Source: Pseudomonadota bacterium (GTDB taxonomy: Bacteria > Pseudomonadota > Gammaproteobacteria > Burkholderiales > JABEVD01). From it: 64,000 bases of DNA. The stretch covers positions 124,546 through 188,545 of the forward strand of contig JAJZRS010000002.1 in NCBI GenBank assembly GCA_021802545.1, written 5' to 3'. Positions within the stretch are counted from its first letter, which is position 1; each line of letters begins with the position of its first letter. Shown here piece after piece: positions 9,711 through 19,662 of this stretch. The position numbers and the translations under genes were made by a program. Under the pieces are notes generated by a model. The model was given only the letters and a program-made list of their open reading frames with translations. It was not told the DNA's origin and did no database searches.

Positions 9711-10079
9711 ATGACCATCCTTGCCGATTTCGTCGTCATTCTCCACCTCCTATTCATCGTTTTCGCCTTGTTCGGCGCGCTGCTATCGCTGAAATGGAAG
9801 AAAGCCGCCTATATACATGTACCTGCAGCGATCTGGGCGACGATGGTAGAGGTGGCCAACCTTCCCTGCCCACTCACGCCGATCGAAAAATGGCTCATCG
9901 AAAGGGAAGGGCTGTCAGCCTACAGGGGGAGCTTCGTCGAGCATTATATCCTTTCCATTCTCTATCCTGGACAACTCGACGCTTTAATGAGATGGATGCT
10001 CGGCGTGGCCGTTCTTCTTTCCAATGTCGGCATTTATGTTTGGATCTTGAGGCGAAAATCTAAAAACGGTCTAATATAA
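9711..10079 (+). CDS. Small membrane protein (DUF2784-like)
   Basis: 122 aa with 3-4 hydrophobic helices. The CPLTPIEKWL motif resembles DUF2784 proteins. Confidence 0.6.
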   Translation: MTILADFVVILHLLFIVFALFGALLSLKWKKAAYIHVPAAIWATMVEVANLPCPLTPIEKWLIEREGLSAYRGSFVEHYILSILYPGQLDALMRWMLGVAVLLSNVGIYVWILRRKSKNGLI

Positions 10080-10107
10080 CGATATCATTTGCAATTGGAA
10101 CAAACGA

Positions 10108-10527
10108 ATGAAGCCGAGTTTCCTTCCAGTCATCCGGGAATTGGCCCGCAGCTATCAGGCTTTCACCCATTATTCCGCGTCCCATATCCGTGAACTCGGT
10201 CTCACGCCGCCGCAATTCGACGTGATCTGCACACTCGGCAATACTCAGGGCATGCCGCTTTGCAAGCTGGCCGAAAAAACGCTCATCACGAAAGGGACGC
10301 TCACCGGCGTCATCGACAGGCTGGAAGACAAGGGACTCTTGAAGCGCGTCGTTCCGCCCGAAAACAGGCGCAGCTTCATCGCTGTCCTGACGCCTGAAGG
10401 CGAGAAGGTATTCAACAGCGCCTTTCCCGCCCATACCGAATATCTGGAAAAACGTCTCGGGAAGTTGAGCGCCGACGAACTCGATGAAATCCGCGCCGCT
10501 TTGGAGAAGCTGAGGAATGCCTTCTGA
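10108..10527 (+). CDS. MarR family transcriptional regulator
   Basis: 139 aa with a winged-helix region LTPPQFDVICTLGN...MPLCKLAEKTLITKGTLTGVIDRLEDKGLLKR, typical of MarR. Confidence 0.85.
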   Translation: MKPSFLPVIRELARSYQAFTHYSASHIRELGLTPPQFDVICTLGNTQGMPLCKLAEKTLITKGTLTGVIDRLEDKGLLKRVVPPENRRSFIAVLTPEGEKVFNSAFPAHTEYLEKRLGKLSADELDEIRAALEKLRNAF

Positions 10528-10532
10528 ATAAA

Positions 10533-10577
10533 TGTTTGCATTAGTAATTTTTCGCGCTATAATTGTTTGTGTTAGTA
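10533..10577 (+). promoter_or_regulatory. Sigma70-type promoter (TTTGCA-17-TATAAT) flanked by 14-nt direct repeats
   Basis: -35 TTTGCA at 10535-10540 and a perfect -10 TATAAT at 10558-10563, spaced 17 nt. Direct repeats tgtttgcattagta (10533-10546) and tgtttgtgttagta (10564-10577) match 12/14 and start 31 bp apart. Confidence 0.45.
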
Positions 10578-10595
10578 CATTATAAAGGAGCAAAA

Positions 10596-10817
10596 ATGAA
10601 GCACGAACCACTCGCCCTCGATCTCAAAGCCGGCACCTACTATTTCTGCGCCTGCGGCAAATCCAAGAACCTTCCCTACTGCGACGGGTCTCACAGTGGC
10701 AGTGAATTCGTTCCCTACAAGGAAGATTTGAAGGCGGACCAGAAAGTCTGGATCTGTCGCTGCATGAAATCGAAAAACAGGCCATATTGCGACGGCACCC
10801 ATTTGTCCATCGATTGA
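10596..10817 (+). CDS. CDGSH iron-sulfur domain protein (two CDGSH motifs)
   Basis: The start was moved to the ATG at 10596 (RBS aaaGGAGcaaaaATG). It carries two C-x-C-x...CDGSH/CDGTH motifs: CACGKSKNLPYCDGSH and CRCMKSKNRPYCDGTH. Confidence 0.85.
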   Translation: MKHEPLALDLKAGTYYFCACGKSKNLPYCDGSHSGSEFVPYKEDLKADQKVWICRCMKSKNRPYCDGTHLSID

Positions 10818-10827
10818 AGGAGACAGC

Positions 10828-11424
10828 ATGAAAAAAACCATACTGACGCTTGCCGCAGCGCTCGCCTTCCAAGGCGGATTCGCTGTTGCAGACACCTACA
10901 ATGTGCAGCATTCGAGCCCGGCAGGGACATTCAAGATCGATCCCCTGCATTCGGTCGCCCAGTTCTGGATCGGCCACATGGGCGTGAGCGAATTTCCGGG
11001 AAGATTCGATGCCATATCCGGCAGCTTCACCGTCGATGCATCGAACAAGGCGGACACCGTTTCGGTCGAAATCCCCATCGACAGCCTGGACACCAATTAC
11101 GACAAGCGCAACAAGGACTTGCTTGGGCCTGACTTCTTCAACGCCAAACAGTTCCCGAAGATGACCTTCGCCTCGACCAGCGTGAAAATGAAAAATGACA
11201 GCGAAGGAACGCTTACCGGCAATCTCACCTTGCATGGCGTGACCAAACCCGTCACGTTCAGCCTGAGGCATGTCGGCGCAGGCCCCGACCCGTGGGGCGG
11301 CTATCGATCCGGGTATGTCGCGAAAACCACGATAAAGCGCAGTGACTTCGGCATGAACTACATGCTGAACGGCATTTCAGACACGGTCGAAGTGCAGCTC
11401 AACATCGAGGGCAAGCGGCAGTAA
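10828..11424 (+). CDS. YceI family periplasmic (polyisoprenoid-binding) protein
   Basis: 198 aa with a signal peptide and a YceI-like core (HSVAQFWIGHMGVSEFPGRFDAISGSFTVD...LTLHGVTKPVTF). Confidence 0.85.
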   Translation: MKKTILTLAAALAFQGGFAVADTYNVQHSSPAGTFKIDPLHSVAQFWIGHMGVSEFPGRFDAISGSFTVDASNKADTVSVEIPIDSLDTNYDKRNKDLLGPDFFNAKQFPKMTFASTSVKMKNDSEGTLTGNLTLHGVTKPVTFSLRHVGAGPDPWGGYRSGYVAKTTIKRSDFGMNYMLNGISDTVEVQLNIEGKRQ

Positions 11425-12243
11425 ATGGGGCCTTTGCTCCTCTCGATGGCCAGGGAAACGGTTCTCTGGCCATTGGCGGCAAGCCTCCCGCTGCTTGTGC
11501 TGGCCTTGCTTTCAAGAAAGCATCTGCCGGTCCAAATTCCGGGCGCACTAGCGATATGCGCCGGCTTCCTGACGGGATATGCGCTGATATACGGCGCATT
11601 TTCCTTTCCGCCTGGTGAAGCTCAAGGCTGGATCCCCTACTTCCTCGCATTGAATATCGCGATCTTCTCTTACGACGACCTGGTCGGCTTTCCACCCAAA
11701 ACCAGGATCATCCTGCAAGCCATCCTGTCGATTCTGGGCGCGCTGCTGATTTTCTCTCCCCTTTTCAGGACAGGATTTCCCTTCTGGCTGTTCATTGCTT
11801 CGAGCGTGCTATGGTTCGGCCTGTGGGTGATGCTCGACGCAGAAAACAGCTTTGCGCTTTTTTTCGTGGCCATGGGCAACGCCATGGTCAGCGCAACCAC
11901 CGGCAGCACGATGCTCGGACAGTTCGGCGGTGTGCTGGCCGCAGTGCTGGGGATGCATGTTCTTTTCAACATTCCGAGAAGCCGCATTCCCTTGGGACAT
12001 GCAGGGGCAGCCGTCTCGCTAGCAATCCTCGCCAGCCTCATGCTGATCGGCCGCGCCTATGCCGAAACGGCACTCATCCCCAACCTGCTGTTGCTGGCCG
12101 CCTTCCCGATCGATTTCGCGGCAAGGCGGATCGTTGGAAAAAACGAAAAGCGCGCGCCCTATATCGGCGCAGCATTCGCCCTGATTCCGGTGGCCATCGC
12201 ATCAATCATGGCCGTCAAATCCTACCTGGCTCAACAGTACTAG
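11425..12243 (+). CDS. Polytopic inner-membrane protein of unknown function
   Basis: 272 aa with about 8 hydrophobic segments. It starts on the nucleotide after the yceI stop. It is not cytochrome b561-like, because it lacks the conserved His pattern. Confidence 0.6.
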   Translation: MGPLLLSMARETVLWPLAASLPLLVLALLSRKHLPVQIPGALAICAGFLTGYALIYGAFSFPPGEAQGWIPYFLALNIAIFSYDDLVGFPPKTRIILQAILSILGALLIFSPLFRTGFPFWLFIASSVLWFGLWVMLDAENSFALFFVAMGNAMVSATTGSTMLGQFGGVLAAVLGMHVLFNIPRSRIPLGHAGAAVSLAILASLMLIGRAYAETALIPNLLLLAAFPIDFAARRIVGKNEKRAPYIGAAFALIPVAIASIMAVKSYLAQQY

Positions 12244-12782
12244 CCCTTTTCGGGCTTCCAGAGCTTGTCGGGGCAGCCCTGCGCCCGGTTGACCATTCTG
12301 GCATAGACGAACAGCAGGTCCGAGAGGCGGTTGAGATACTTGAAACTGTCAGAACCGACCTTCTCGATTTTCGAAAGCTCGACCAGGGTACGTTCGGCCC
12401 GCCTGCACACCGTCCTCGCCACATGACACAAAGCCGCTGCTCTTGTCCCGCCGGGCAAGATGAATTCAGCCAGCGGAGGCAAGGTTGCGTTTGCGCTCTC
12501 GAGTCTTTCGTCGAGCCGCGCAATATGCCCTGCCCCTATCCTGATTTGTCCGGGTTGGCAAAGCTCTGCACCGAGTTCGAACAATTCGTGCTGGATTGCT
12601 TCTAACCCTTGCACGATGTCTTCCGGCAAGGACTCGGATAGGATGAGTCCGATCGAGCTGTTGAGCTCGTCGACATCGCCTATGGCGCAAATGCGCCTAT
12701 TTTCCTTTCCCACCCTGGATCCATCGGCCAGGCCGGTCTCCCCAGCATCACCCGTGCTTGTGCTGATTTTCGTCAGACGCAT
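12240..12782 (-). CDS. ATP:cob(I)alamin adenosyltransferase, PduO/MMAB type
   Basis: N-terminus KISTSTGDAGETGLADGSRVGKENRRICAIGDVDELNSSIG matches the PduO-type adenosyltransferase signature. Confidence 0.85.
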   Translation of the reverse strand: MRLTKISTSTGDAGETGLADGSRVGKENRRICAIGDVDELNSSIGLILSESLPEDIVQGLEAIQHELFELGAELCQPGQIRIGAGHIARLDERLESANATLPPLAEFILPGGTRAAALCHVARTVCRRAERTLVELSKIEKVGSDSFKYLNRLSDLLFVYARMVNRAQGCPDKLWKPEKG

Positions 12783-12791
12783 GTCTTTCCC

Positions 12792-15410
12792 CTAAGCGAA
12801 TACAGTGTCCCACAGATGCAATACCGCATCCTGCTGAATCGCGATTTCCTGTTTCTCGATGCGCGCATAAGCTTCCCCTGCCAGTCTCAATTTGTGCTGA
12901 AGCCGCCTGAATTCACGATAAGCCTCCTGGGCACGTGTTGCGGCATCCCGTGAAATCAGGCCGATCTCTCCCATTTTGCCGAGCAGCGCAATATTGCCGA
13001 CATTCTCGACCAGAACAGGATGATCGCATGCATAGGCAAGCACCAGATACTGCACTGCGAATTCGACGTCGACGATCCCGCCCCTGTCGTGCTTGATATC
13101 GAAAAGCGCGGTTTTATTCGGATGCCCATCGAGCATCTTCTGCCTCATGGACAGAACATCGGCTTTCAGCTTTTCCCTATTCCGTTCGATCATGAGCACC
13201 TTCCGCCTGATCGCCTCGAATTGCCCCCCTGTCTCTGCACTGCCCGCGACATAGCGCCCTCTCGTCAGCGCCTGGTGTTCCCAGACCCAGGCTTCATTCA
13301 TCTGATACGCTTCGAAAGCTGCAACCGGACTCACCAGAAGACCGCTTGCGCCATTTGGTCTCAGCCTGAGATCGGTTTCGTAAAGAATGCCCGAAGGCGT
13401 GACGCTCGTGAGCCAGGTATTGATGCGCTGAGCAAGCCTTGCATAAATCTCCTGGGCATTCGGATGATCGTCTTCATACAAAAAGACGAGATCGAGGTCG
13501 GAGGCATACCCGAGCTCCTTGCCCCCCAATTTGCCGTAGCCGATGACGGCAAATGCGTGCGCATCCCGGTGCCGGCCGCGCAATCCGCGCCAGCACAGAT
13601 CGAGCACCCTGGCCAGGATCAGATCGGCCAGATAACTCAGATGATCGCTCAGGATCTCGAGCCGCAGCAGACCGTTCATATCCTTGGCCAGGAGCTGGAA
13701 GACGGCGGCATGATGCGCATCTCGCAAGGCCCCCATCTGCGCCTCCACATCCCCTTCAGCGCCATCCAGCTTCGCATCGAGCAACGCTGCCCAGCCTGCC
13801 CAATCGACGGGCCCGTAAAGTGTCCTGGAATCGAGCAACTCGTCGAGCAGGATCGGATGGAGCCGCAGATATTCGCTAGCCCATGGGCTGGCGGACGCGA
13901 GCTTGGCAACCTGTTCCAGCGTATGCGGATATTCCTTGAGCAAAGCAAGATAGGAAGAGCGCCTGCTGACGGATTCCAGCAGATCGCTCATCCTTTTCAG
14001 GGTCAGATCGGGATGGCTCACCTTCGATGCTGCCTTCACCATCAAAGGAATCAGCTCGTCGACACGCTTCTGGCTGGAAGCCGGAAGATGCCGATAACGG
14101 CTGCCTTCCCTGATGCCATTCAACAGAGTGAGCATTTGCTCCGGATCCTTGAAGCCCAGTTCGGCAAGCTTCTCTTCCCCTCCCTGCGCCCAGGCCTGTA
14201 TCGTCTCCTGGTCGCCCGAATCGGCGAAGACGGATTCGAAATGGAACTCCACCTTCTGCCTTCTTTCATCCAGGTCATGCAGAAAAGCGGCATAATCGGG
14301 GAAACCCATCGATTGCGCGACGAGCAGCCTGTCTTCCTCGCTGCGTGGAAGCGTCTGGGTCTGCGCATCGTCAAGATACTGCAGCCTGTGCTCCAGGTTG
14401 CGCAGAAAGACATAGGCTTCTTTCAGCTCGTCCGCTACTTTTTCAGGAAGCATGCGTTTTGCAGCAAGAAGATCGAGCACCTTCAAGGTGGGACGTATCC
14501 TGAGCGTGCTGTCGCGCCCGCCGCGAATCAGCTGGAAAACCTGGGCAATGAATTCGATTTCCCTGATGCCGCCCGGGCCAAGCTTGATGTTGTCGCTCAT
14601 TTCCAGCCGCTTCACCTGCTGCCTGATCTGGGCATGAAGCTCGCGCATCGAACCGAACGCGCCGTAATCGAGATACTTCCTGAAGACGAAGGGATGGACG
14701 AGTTTCATCAGATCCTCGATTCGGTTTCCCGTCACCGATCTTCCCTTGATCCAGGCATAGCGTTCCCATTCCCTTCCCTGGGTCAGGAAATAATCTTCCA
14801 GCATGGCGAAGCTGGAAGCCAGCGCGCCGCTGTCCCCGTAAGGTCTCAGGCGCATATCGACCCTGAACACAAAGCCGTCGGGGGTCATGTCCTGCAGGCT
14901 GGAAATCAGGCGCTTGCCGAGTTTTGCAAAATATTCCTGACAGCTCATGCCCTGCGCGGTCTCACCGTCCTCCGGATAGACGAAAACGAGATCGATGTCC
15001 GAAGAAGCGTTGAGCTCGCGTCCGCCCAGCTTGCCCATGGCCACGACATGGAGATGCTGCGGCGTCCCGCTCGATTCACCGACGGGCAAGCCATAACGCT
15101 CAGTCATCCACGCCGCGTGCAGAGCGAGGGCATGCGCTATGGAAATTTCGGCCAGATCGGACATCGTGCCCACGACCTCTTCCATGTCGGCAAGCCCGGA
15201 AAGATCCCGTCCGATCGTGCGCAGCATCACCGCTTTCCTCAACTCCCTGAGATTGCGATTGAGCGCATCCTCGTCGCGAACCTCATTCAGGAACGAGGCC
15301 ATCTCCTCGCGACTGAAAGGCTTTTCGAAAAGGCAAGAATGCTTGCAGTCCTGCGCAAGTCTCGCGACATAACGGCTGTACTGCTCAGCACGCTCGAGCA
15401 CGTTCGACAT
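12792..15410 (-). CDS. glnE: Bifunctional glutamine synthetase adenylyltransferase/adenylyl-removing enzyme
   Basis: 872 aa with duplicated nucleotidyltransferase modules (GKLGGRELNASSDIDLVFVY and GKLGGKELGYASDLDLVFLY). Confidence 0.92.
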   Translation of the reverse strand: MSNVLERAEQYSRYVARLAQDCKHSCLFEKPFSREEMASFLNEVRDEDALNRNLRELRKAVMLRTIGRDLSGLADMEEVVGTMSDLAEISIAHALALHAAWMTERYGLPVGESSGTPQHLHVVAMGKLGGRELNASSDIDLVFVYPEDGETAQGMSCQEYFAKLGKRLISSLQDMTPDGFVFRVDMRLRPYGDSGALASSFAMLEDYFLTQGREWERYAWIKGRSVTGNRIEDLMKLVHPFVFRKYLDYGAFGSMRELHAQIRQQVKRLEMSDNIKLGPGGIREIEFIAQVFQLIRGGRDSTLRIRPTLKVLDLLAAKRMLPEKVADELKEAYVFLRNLEHRLQYLDDAQTQTLPRSEEDRLLVAQSMGFPDYAAFLHDLDERRQKVEFHFESVFADSGDQETIQAWAQGGEEKLAELGFKDPEQMLTLLNGIREGSRYRHLPASSQKRVDELIPLMVKAASKVSHPDLTLKRMSDLLESVSRRSSYLALLKEYPHTLEQVAKLASASPWASEYLRLHPILLDELLDSRTLYGPVDWAGWAALLDAKLDGAEGDVEAQMGALRDAHHAAVFQLLAKDMNGLLRLEILSDHLSYLADLILARVLDLCWRGLRGRHRDAHAFAVIGYGKLGGKELGYASDLDLVFLYEDDHPNAQEIYARLAQRINTWLTSVTPSGILYETDLRLRPNGASGLLVSPVAAFEAYQMNEAWVWEHQALTRGRYVAGSAETGGQFEAIRRKVLMIERNREKLKADVLSMRQKMLDGHPNKTALFDIKHDRGGIVDVEFAVQYLVLAYACDHPVLVENVGNIALLGKMGEIGLISRDAATRAQEAYREFRRLQHKLRLAGEAYARIEKQEIAIQQDAVLHLWDTVFA

Positions 15411-15541
15411 ATATCCATTGTCCCAATAAAACGCTAAAATTCAGTGTATCCGCATCGCAACCCGGGGTTCAAGCGGACGCGATGAACTTACCATCGTGAC
15501 GCCCATCGAAGAACCATGAATCCTTTTCAAGATCGCACGCC

Positions 15542-18500
15542 TTGCTGAAACTCCTGATCCTGACACACCGCTGGACCGTACGCCTGATCGCAGGATTGAC
15601 GATTACCGCATTCTTCATTGTCGCAATCACGATCCTGGCCCTGCGCTACTGGCTCCTCCCGAACGTCGAAAACTACCGGCCCGACATCGAATCTGCCGTC
15701 AGCAATGCGATCGGCGAACGCGTGGCCATCGGCAGAATCAGGGCGGACTGGAAGGGCATCTATCCCCATCTCGTCATGCGCGACATCCGGATATTTGATC
15801 GCTCCGGACAGGCCGCCCTCACCTTGGACAGGATAGAGAACAATCTTTCATGGATGACCTTTCTCACTGGAGAAATACGCTTTTCGTCGATTGAAATCGA
15901 CCAGCCCAGGCTCGCCATGCGTCGCGACAGGAACGGCGTGATCTATGTCGCGGGAATCCCGGTCAACCAGGGCCCCTCCAACCAGGGGTTGTCGGACTGG
16001 CTGCTGCATCAGAGCAAGGTGCTGATCAAGAACGGACTCATCCTTTGGGATGACGAAAAATCGGGCGCGCCGCAGCTCAAGGTCGAAGCAGTCGATTTCG
16101 CGCTTGTCAATTCCAGGGGACACCACCTTTTCGGGCTGCATGCCATACCGCCTGCCGAACTTTCCTCTCCGCTCGACATCAGGGGAAACCTTTACGGCAA
16201 TTCGCTGAACGACTTCAATTCCTGGCGAGGCAAACTTTACGCCAAGATAGATTATGCGGATACCGAAAAGCTCAAGAACTGGCTTCCTTCCCCGGAACAG
16301 CTTCTCGGTGGACGCGGCGCCATGCGCGTGTGGCTCGACTTTTCGAATGCAAAGCCGGAGGCCTTCACGGCCGACCTGGTCTTGTCCAATGTGCGCGCGA
16401 AGCTGGGAAAAAACCTGCCTGAAATCGACATGAAAAGGCTGCGCGGCCGCATCAATTGGCAAATACAGGACGGCGGAGTTGCCATAAGCACCCAGAATCT
16501 CTCGCTCGAAACCATGCAGGGGGAGCGAATCAGGCCCACCGAATTCGAACTGCGCGCCGTTCCGGCGCACGACATCAGCCCCATGGAAGGTGAAATGTCC
16601 GTCAATTCGCTCGACCTCGCCATGCTGGCGAGGCTTTCCGAACATTTCCCCATGCCCTCCAAAATCCGCGAAATGCTCTCGACGCTTGCGCCTCAAGGCA
16701 AAGTCAGCAATCTGCAGGTCAAATGGTCGGGAACTGCACCCGCATCATCCCTGCTTCCGTGGCAGTCCAAGCGCAAGGAGGAAACAGGCCAACTTCCCGA
16801 ACATTACAGCATCAAGGGCAGCTTCTCGAATCTGGGATTCCATTATTCAGGAAACGCCTTCAAGAATTTCAGCGGACATGTCGACGGCGACGAGAAAGGC
16901 GGCAGCTTCAATGTCGATTCCAGGCAAACCCAATTTACTCTTCCCAAGGTGTTCGTCCTGCCCATCACCCTGGACATGCTGACCGCCCAGGCAAAATGGC
17001 ATCACGACGACAAGGGACTGGCCGTGTCATTCGACAATGTCTCTTTCTCGAATGCCGATGTCGCCGGCAATGCATTCGGCACCTACAATACCGCAGGCCA
17101 ATTCGCAGATCTGACCGGAAAACTCTCAAGAGCCGAAGCCAGTCATGTCTGGCGCTATCTTCCGCTCGTCGTTGCCAAGAATGCGCGTGACTGGGTCAAG
17201 AATGCAATTGTCGGCGGCAACTCGGATGACGTCAAATTCAGGCTCAAGGGGGCAATCGACGACTTTCCCTTTACCAGTGGGAACGGGATCTTTCAGACAT
17301 CCATCCATGCCAGGGACGCCACCTTGCACTACGCGCCGGGATGGCCGGAAATGACTTCGGTTTCCGCGAACATTCTCTTCAAGGGCGCGATGATGGAAAT
17401 CACATCGCATCAAGGCAACATCCTCGGCGCGAAACTCAATTCGGTCCACGCACTCATCCCAGACCTCGATCACCCGCTTCTCGATATCGATGGCGAAGCA
17501 GGCGGGCCGACAGAAGAGTTCCTGAAATTCATCGAGCGCTCTCCCGTGACGCGTTACATCAACGGATTCACGTCCGGCATGAATGCCACGGGCACGGGCA
17601 ACTTGAAGCTCAAGCTCGGCATCCCACTGGATAAGGTGGAAGACACGAAGGTCTCCGGCACCTACCAGTTCATGGGCAACAAGGTGACAAGCGCCTTCAT
17701 GCCGGATATCGCCAATCTCAACGGCGCATTGAATTTTTCCGAGTCCTCGCTGGATGCAACAGCCGTCAGCGCAACGATACTGGGTGGCCCCGCCCTCATC
17801 AATGCCTCGACGGGAAACGGCGGCAGCATGAAAATCACGGCCACGGGCAAAATCAGCCCAGACCATATCGCCTCGTCTTTCGCGCGCCATTTCCACGGCA
17901 GCTCGGCCTGGCAAGGCGTGATTTCCGTCAGCAAAAAGACTTCAATCCAGATCAATTCAAGCTTGCAGGGCATCTCGTCTGACCTGCCCTATCCTTTCGG
18001 CAAGAAAGCCTCCGATTCCCTGCCTTTCAGACTCGAAAGGAAGGCGCTTCAGGATGAAGACGTCATGTCCATCTCCCTTGGCAAAGTCCTTGCGGCCGAA
18101 TTTTCAGGCGGCACCGAGGGCGGCTTCGCACGCATAGATCGCGGCACAATCCAGCTCAACGATGACGAGCGCATAGAGCTTCCTGAGGCGCCGGGCATCT
18201 GGCTCGTCGGCTCCTTGAAATCCCTGGACGTAGACAGATGGCGCGATATTCTTGACGAGATGGGCAGCGGGAAAACCCCGGTATCGCTCTCGGGCATCGC
18301 CCTCGATGTCGACTCGCTCGCCTTTCTCGGCAAGCAATTCGGCCAACTTGGCGTCTCGGCGAAGCAGATAGGGGGTAACTGGCAGGCCAACCTGTCCGGA
18401 GAAGATGTCGAAGGCAGCGTCACATGGATTCCGGAAGGCAAGGGACGACTGATTGCGAAGCTCAAGAAGCTCATCGTTCCCAACGAAAAGGGAGCTGTCG

Positions 18501-19339
18501 AGTCCAAGGCTGTTTTGGTGAAAGCATCGAGCCGCAATCTGCCCGCACTCGACGTCACGGCCGACAATTTCGTGCTGAAAAACAAGCATGCCGGCCGATT
18601 GGAGCTCGTCGCCATCCAGCAGAACAATGACTGGAAGATCCAGAAGCTGCGCATCAGCAATTCAGACAGCGTGCTCACTGCTGACGGGATCTGGCAGGGA
18701 TGGGCCATCCATCCGAGAACGAACATCAACATCAAGCTCGATGTATCGAGAATCGGAAAATTCCTGGCGCGCTTCGGTTATCCGGACAATATCATGCGAG
18801 GCAAAGGCAGCATGGAAGGAACGCTTTCATGGGCAGGCAGCCCGCAGTCGATCAATTATGCAAGCCTGAACGGCAATATCGTCCTGAAGGCAAGGCACGG
18901 GCAATTCAACCAGATCGACCCCGGAATAGGCAAACTGCTCGGCATATTGAGCCTGCAGGCCCTTCCAAGGCGGATCACGCTGGATTTCAGGGATATCTTC
19001 AGCAAAGGATTCGTCTTCGACGACATCTCGAGCAGCCTGAAGATTGCCGACGGAATCGCCCGTACGGACGACCTCAGTATCGTAGGGCCGGCAGCCGAAA
19101 TCGGCATGCAGGGCAGCGTCGATCTGGACAAGGAAACACAGGATCTCAAAATCATCGTGAGACCGCAGATCGGCGGCAGCGTCTCCGTCGCCAGCTCTCT
19201 GCTCGGCGGGCCCGTCGTCGGCATTGCCACCTGGGTGGTGGGGAAAGTGCTGCAGGATCCGCTCGACCAACTCGCCTCCTATGAATACAATGTTACCGGA
19301 AGCTGGATCGATCCCATCGTAACGAAGGTCCGTGAATGA
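15542..19339 (+). CDS. yhdP: YhdP/AsmA-like large envelope protein (TIGR02099-type)
   Basis: 1265 aa, TTG start, one N-terminal TM anchor and a long beta-rich periplasmic body. It is divergent from glnE, which is common in betaproteobacteria. Confidence 0.8.
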   Translation: MLKLLILTHRWTVRLIAGLTITAFFIVAITILALRYWLLPNVENYRPDIESAVSNAIGERVAIGRIRADWKGIYPHLVMRDIRIFDRSGQAALTLDRIENNLSWMTFLTGEIRFSSIEIDQPRLAMRRDRNGVIYVAGIPVNQGPSNQGLSDWLLHQSKVLIKNGLILWDDEKSGAPQLKVEAVDFALVNSRGHHLFGLHAIPPAELSSPLDIRGNLYGNSLNDFNSWRGKLYAKIDYADTEKLKNWLPSPEQLLGGRGAMRVWLDFSNAKPEAFTADLVLSNVRAKLGKNLPEIDMKRLRGRINWQIQDGGVAISTQNLSLETMQGERIRPTEFELRAVPAHDISPMEGEMSVNSLDLAMLARLSEHFPMPSKIREMLSTLAPQGKVSNLQVKWSGTAPASSLLPWQSKRKEETGQLPEHYSIKGSFSNLGFHYSGNAFKNFSGHVDGDEKGGSFNVDSRQTQFTLPKVFVLPITLDMLTAQAKWHHDDKGLAVSFDNVSFSNADVAGNAFGTYNTAGQFADLTGKLSRAEASHVWRYLPLVVAKNARDWVKNAIVGGNSDDVKFRLKGAIDDFPFTSGNGIFQTSIHARDATLHYAPGWPEMTSVSANILFKGAMMEITSHQGNILGAKLNSVHALIPDLDHPLLDIDGEAGGPTEEFLKFIERSPVTRYINGFTSGMNATGTGNLKLKLGIPLDKVEDTKVSGTYQFMGNKVTSAFMPDIANLNGALNFSESSLDATAVSATILGGPALINASTGNGGSMKITATGKISPDHIASSFARHFHGSSAWQGVISVSKKTSIQINSSLQGISSDLPYPFGKKASDSLPFRLERKALQDEDVMSISLGKVLAAEFSGGTEGGFARIDRGTIQLNDDERIELPEAPGIWLVGSLKSLDVDRWRDILDEMGSGKTPVSLSGIALDVDSLAFLGKQFGQLGVSAKQIGGNWQANLSGEDVEGSVTWIPEGKGRLIAKLKKLIVPNEKGAVESKAVLVKASSRNLPALDVTADNFVLKNKHAGRLELVAIQQNNDWKIQKLRISNSDSVLTADGIWQGWAIHPRTNINIKLDVSRIGKFLARFGYPDNIMRGKGSMEGTLSWAGSPQSINYASLNGNIVLKARHGQFNQIDPGIGKLLGILSLQALPRRITLDFRDIFSKGFVFDDISSSLKIADGIARTDDLSIVGPAAEIGMQGSVDLDKETQDLKIIVRPQIGGSVSVASSLLGGPVVGIATWVVGKVLQDPLDQLASYEYNVTGSWIDPIVTKVRE

Positions 19340-19656
19340 AAAGAATTGCCGCATTCCTTGTCATGATGACGATGAGCAGCGTGCTCCATGCAGCCTGCGT
19401 GATTCCGCAGTCGTTCTGGGACTGGCCGAGATCAGGTGAAACCCTGCTCTCCATGAAGGAGATCAAGCCCTGCATCGCTGCCTATCTTGCCGATTCCCAA
19501 TCGGACATCACCATCCATCACGGGAAAGATGTCGACAGCGCACTTCACGCGGATGAATTGCGCGCATGGCTGATTTCGCTTGCGATTTCTCCTGCCAGAA
19601 TCCATGACGCGGCCGATCTTTCAGCAGGCCTATCGATCGATAACCTCAAGCATTGA
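19336..19656 (+). CDS. Small secreted protein of unknown function
   Basis: 106 aa, with an ATGA overlap with the yhdP stop. Signal peptide MKRIAAFLVMMTMSSVLHA. Confidence 0.55.
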   Translation: MKRIAAFLVMMTMSSVLHAACVIPQSFWDWPRSGETLLSMKEIKPCIAAYLADSQSDITIHHGKDVDSALHADELRAWLISLAISPARIHDAADLSAGLSIDNLKH

Positions 19657-19662
19657 ACCATC

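Noticed and set aside
13020-15437. An 805-aa ORF on the plus strand spanning almost the whole glnE locus
   Set aside because: It is a shadow ORF antisense to glnE. Its translation is Arg/Pro/Gly/His-rich and low in complexity, with no RBS or recognisable domain. The minus-strand product is unmistakable GlnE over its full length.
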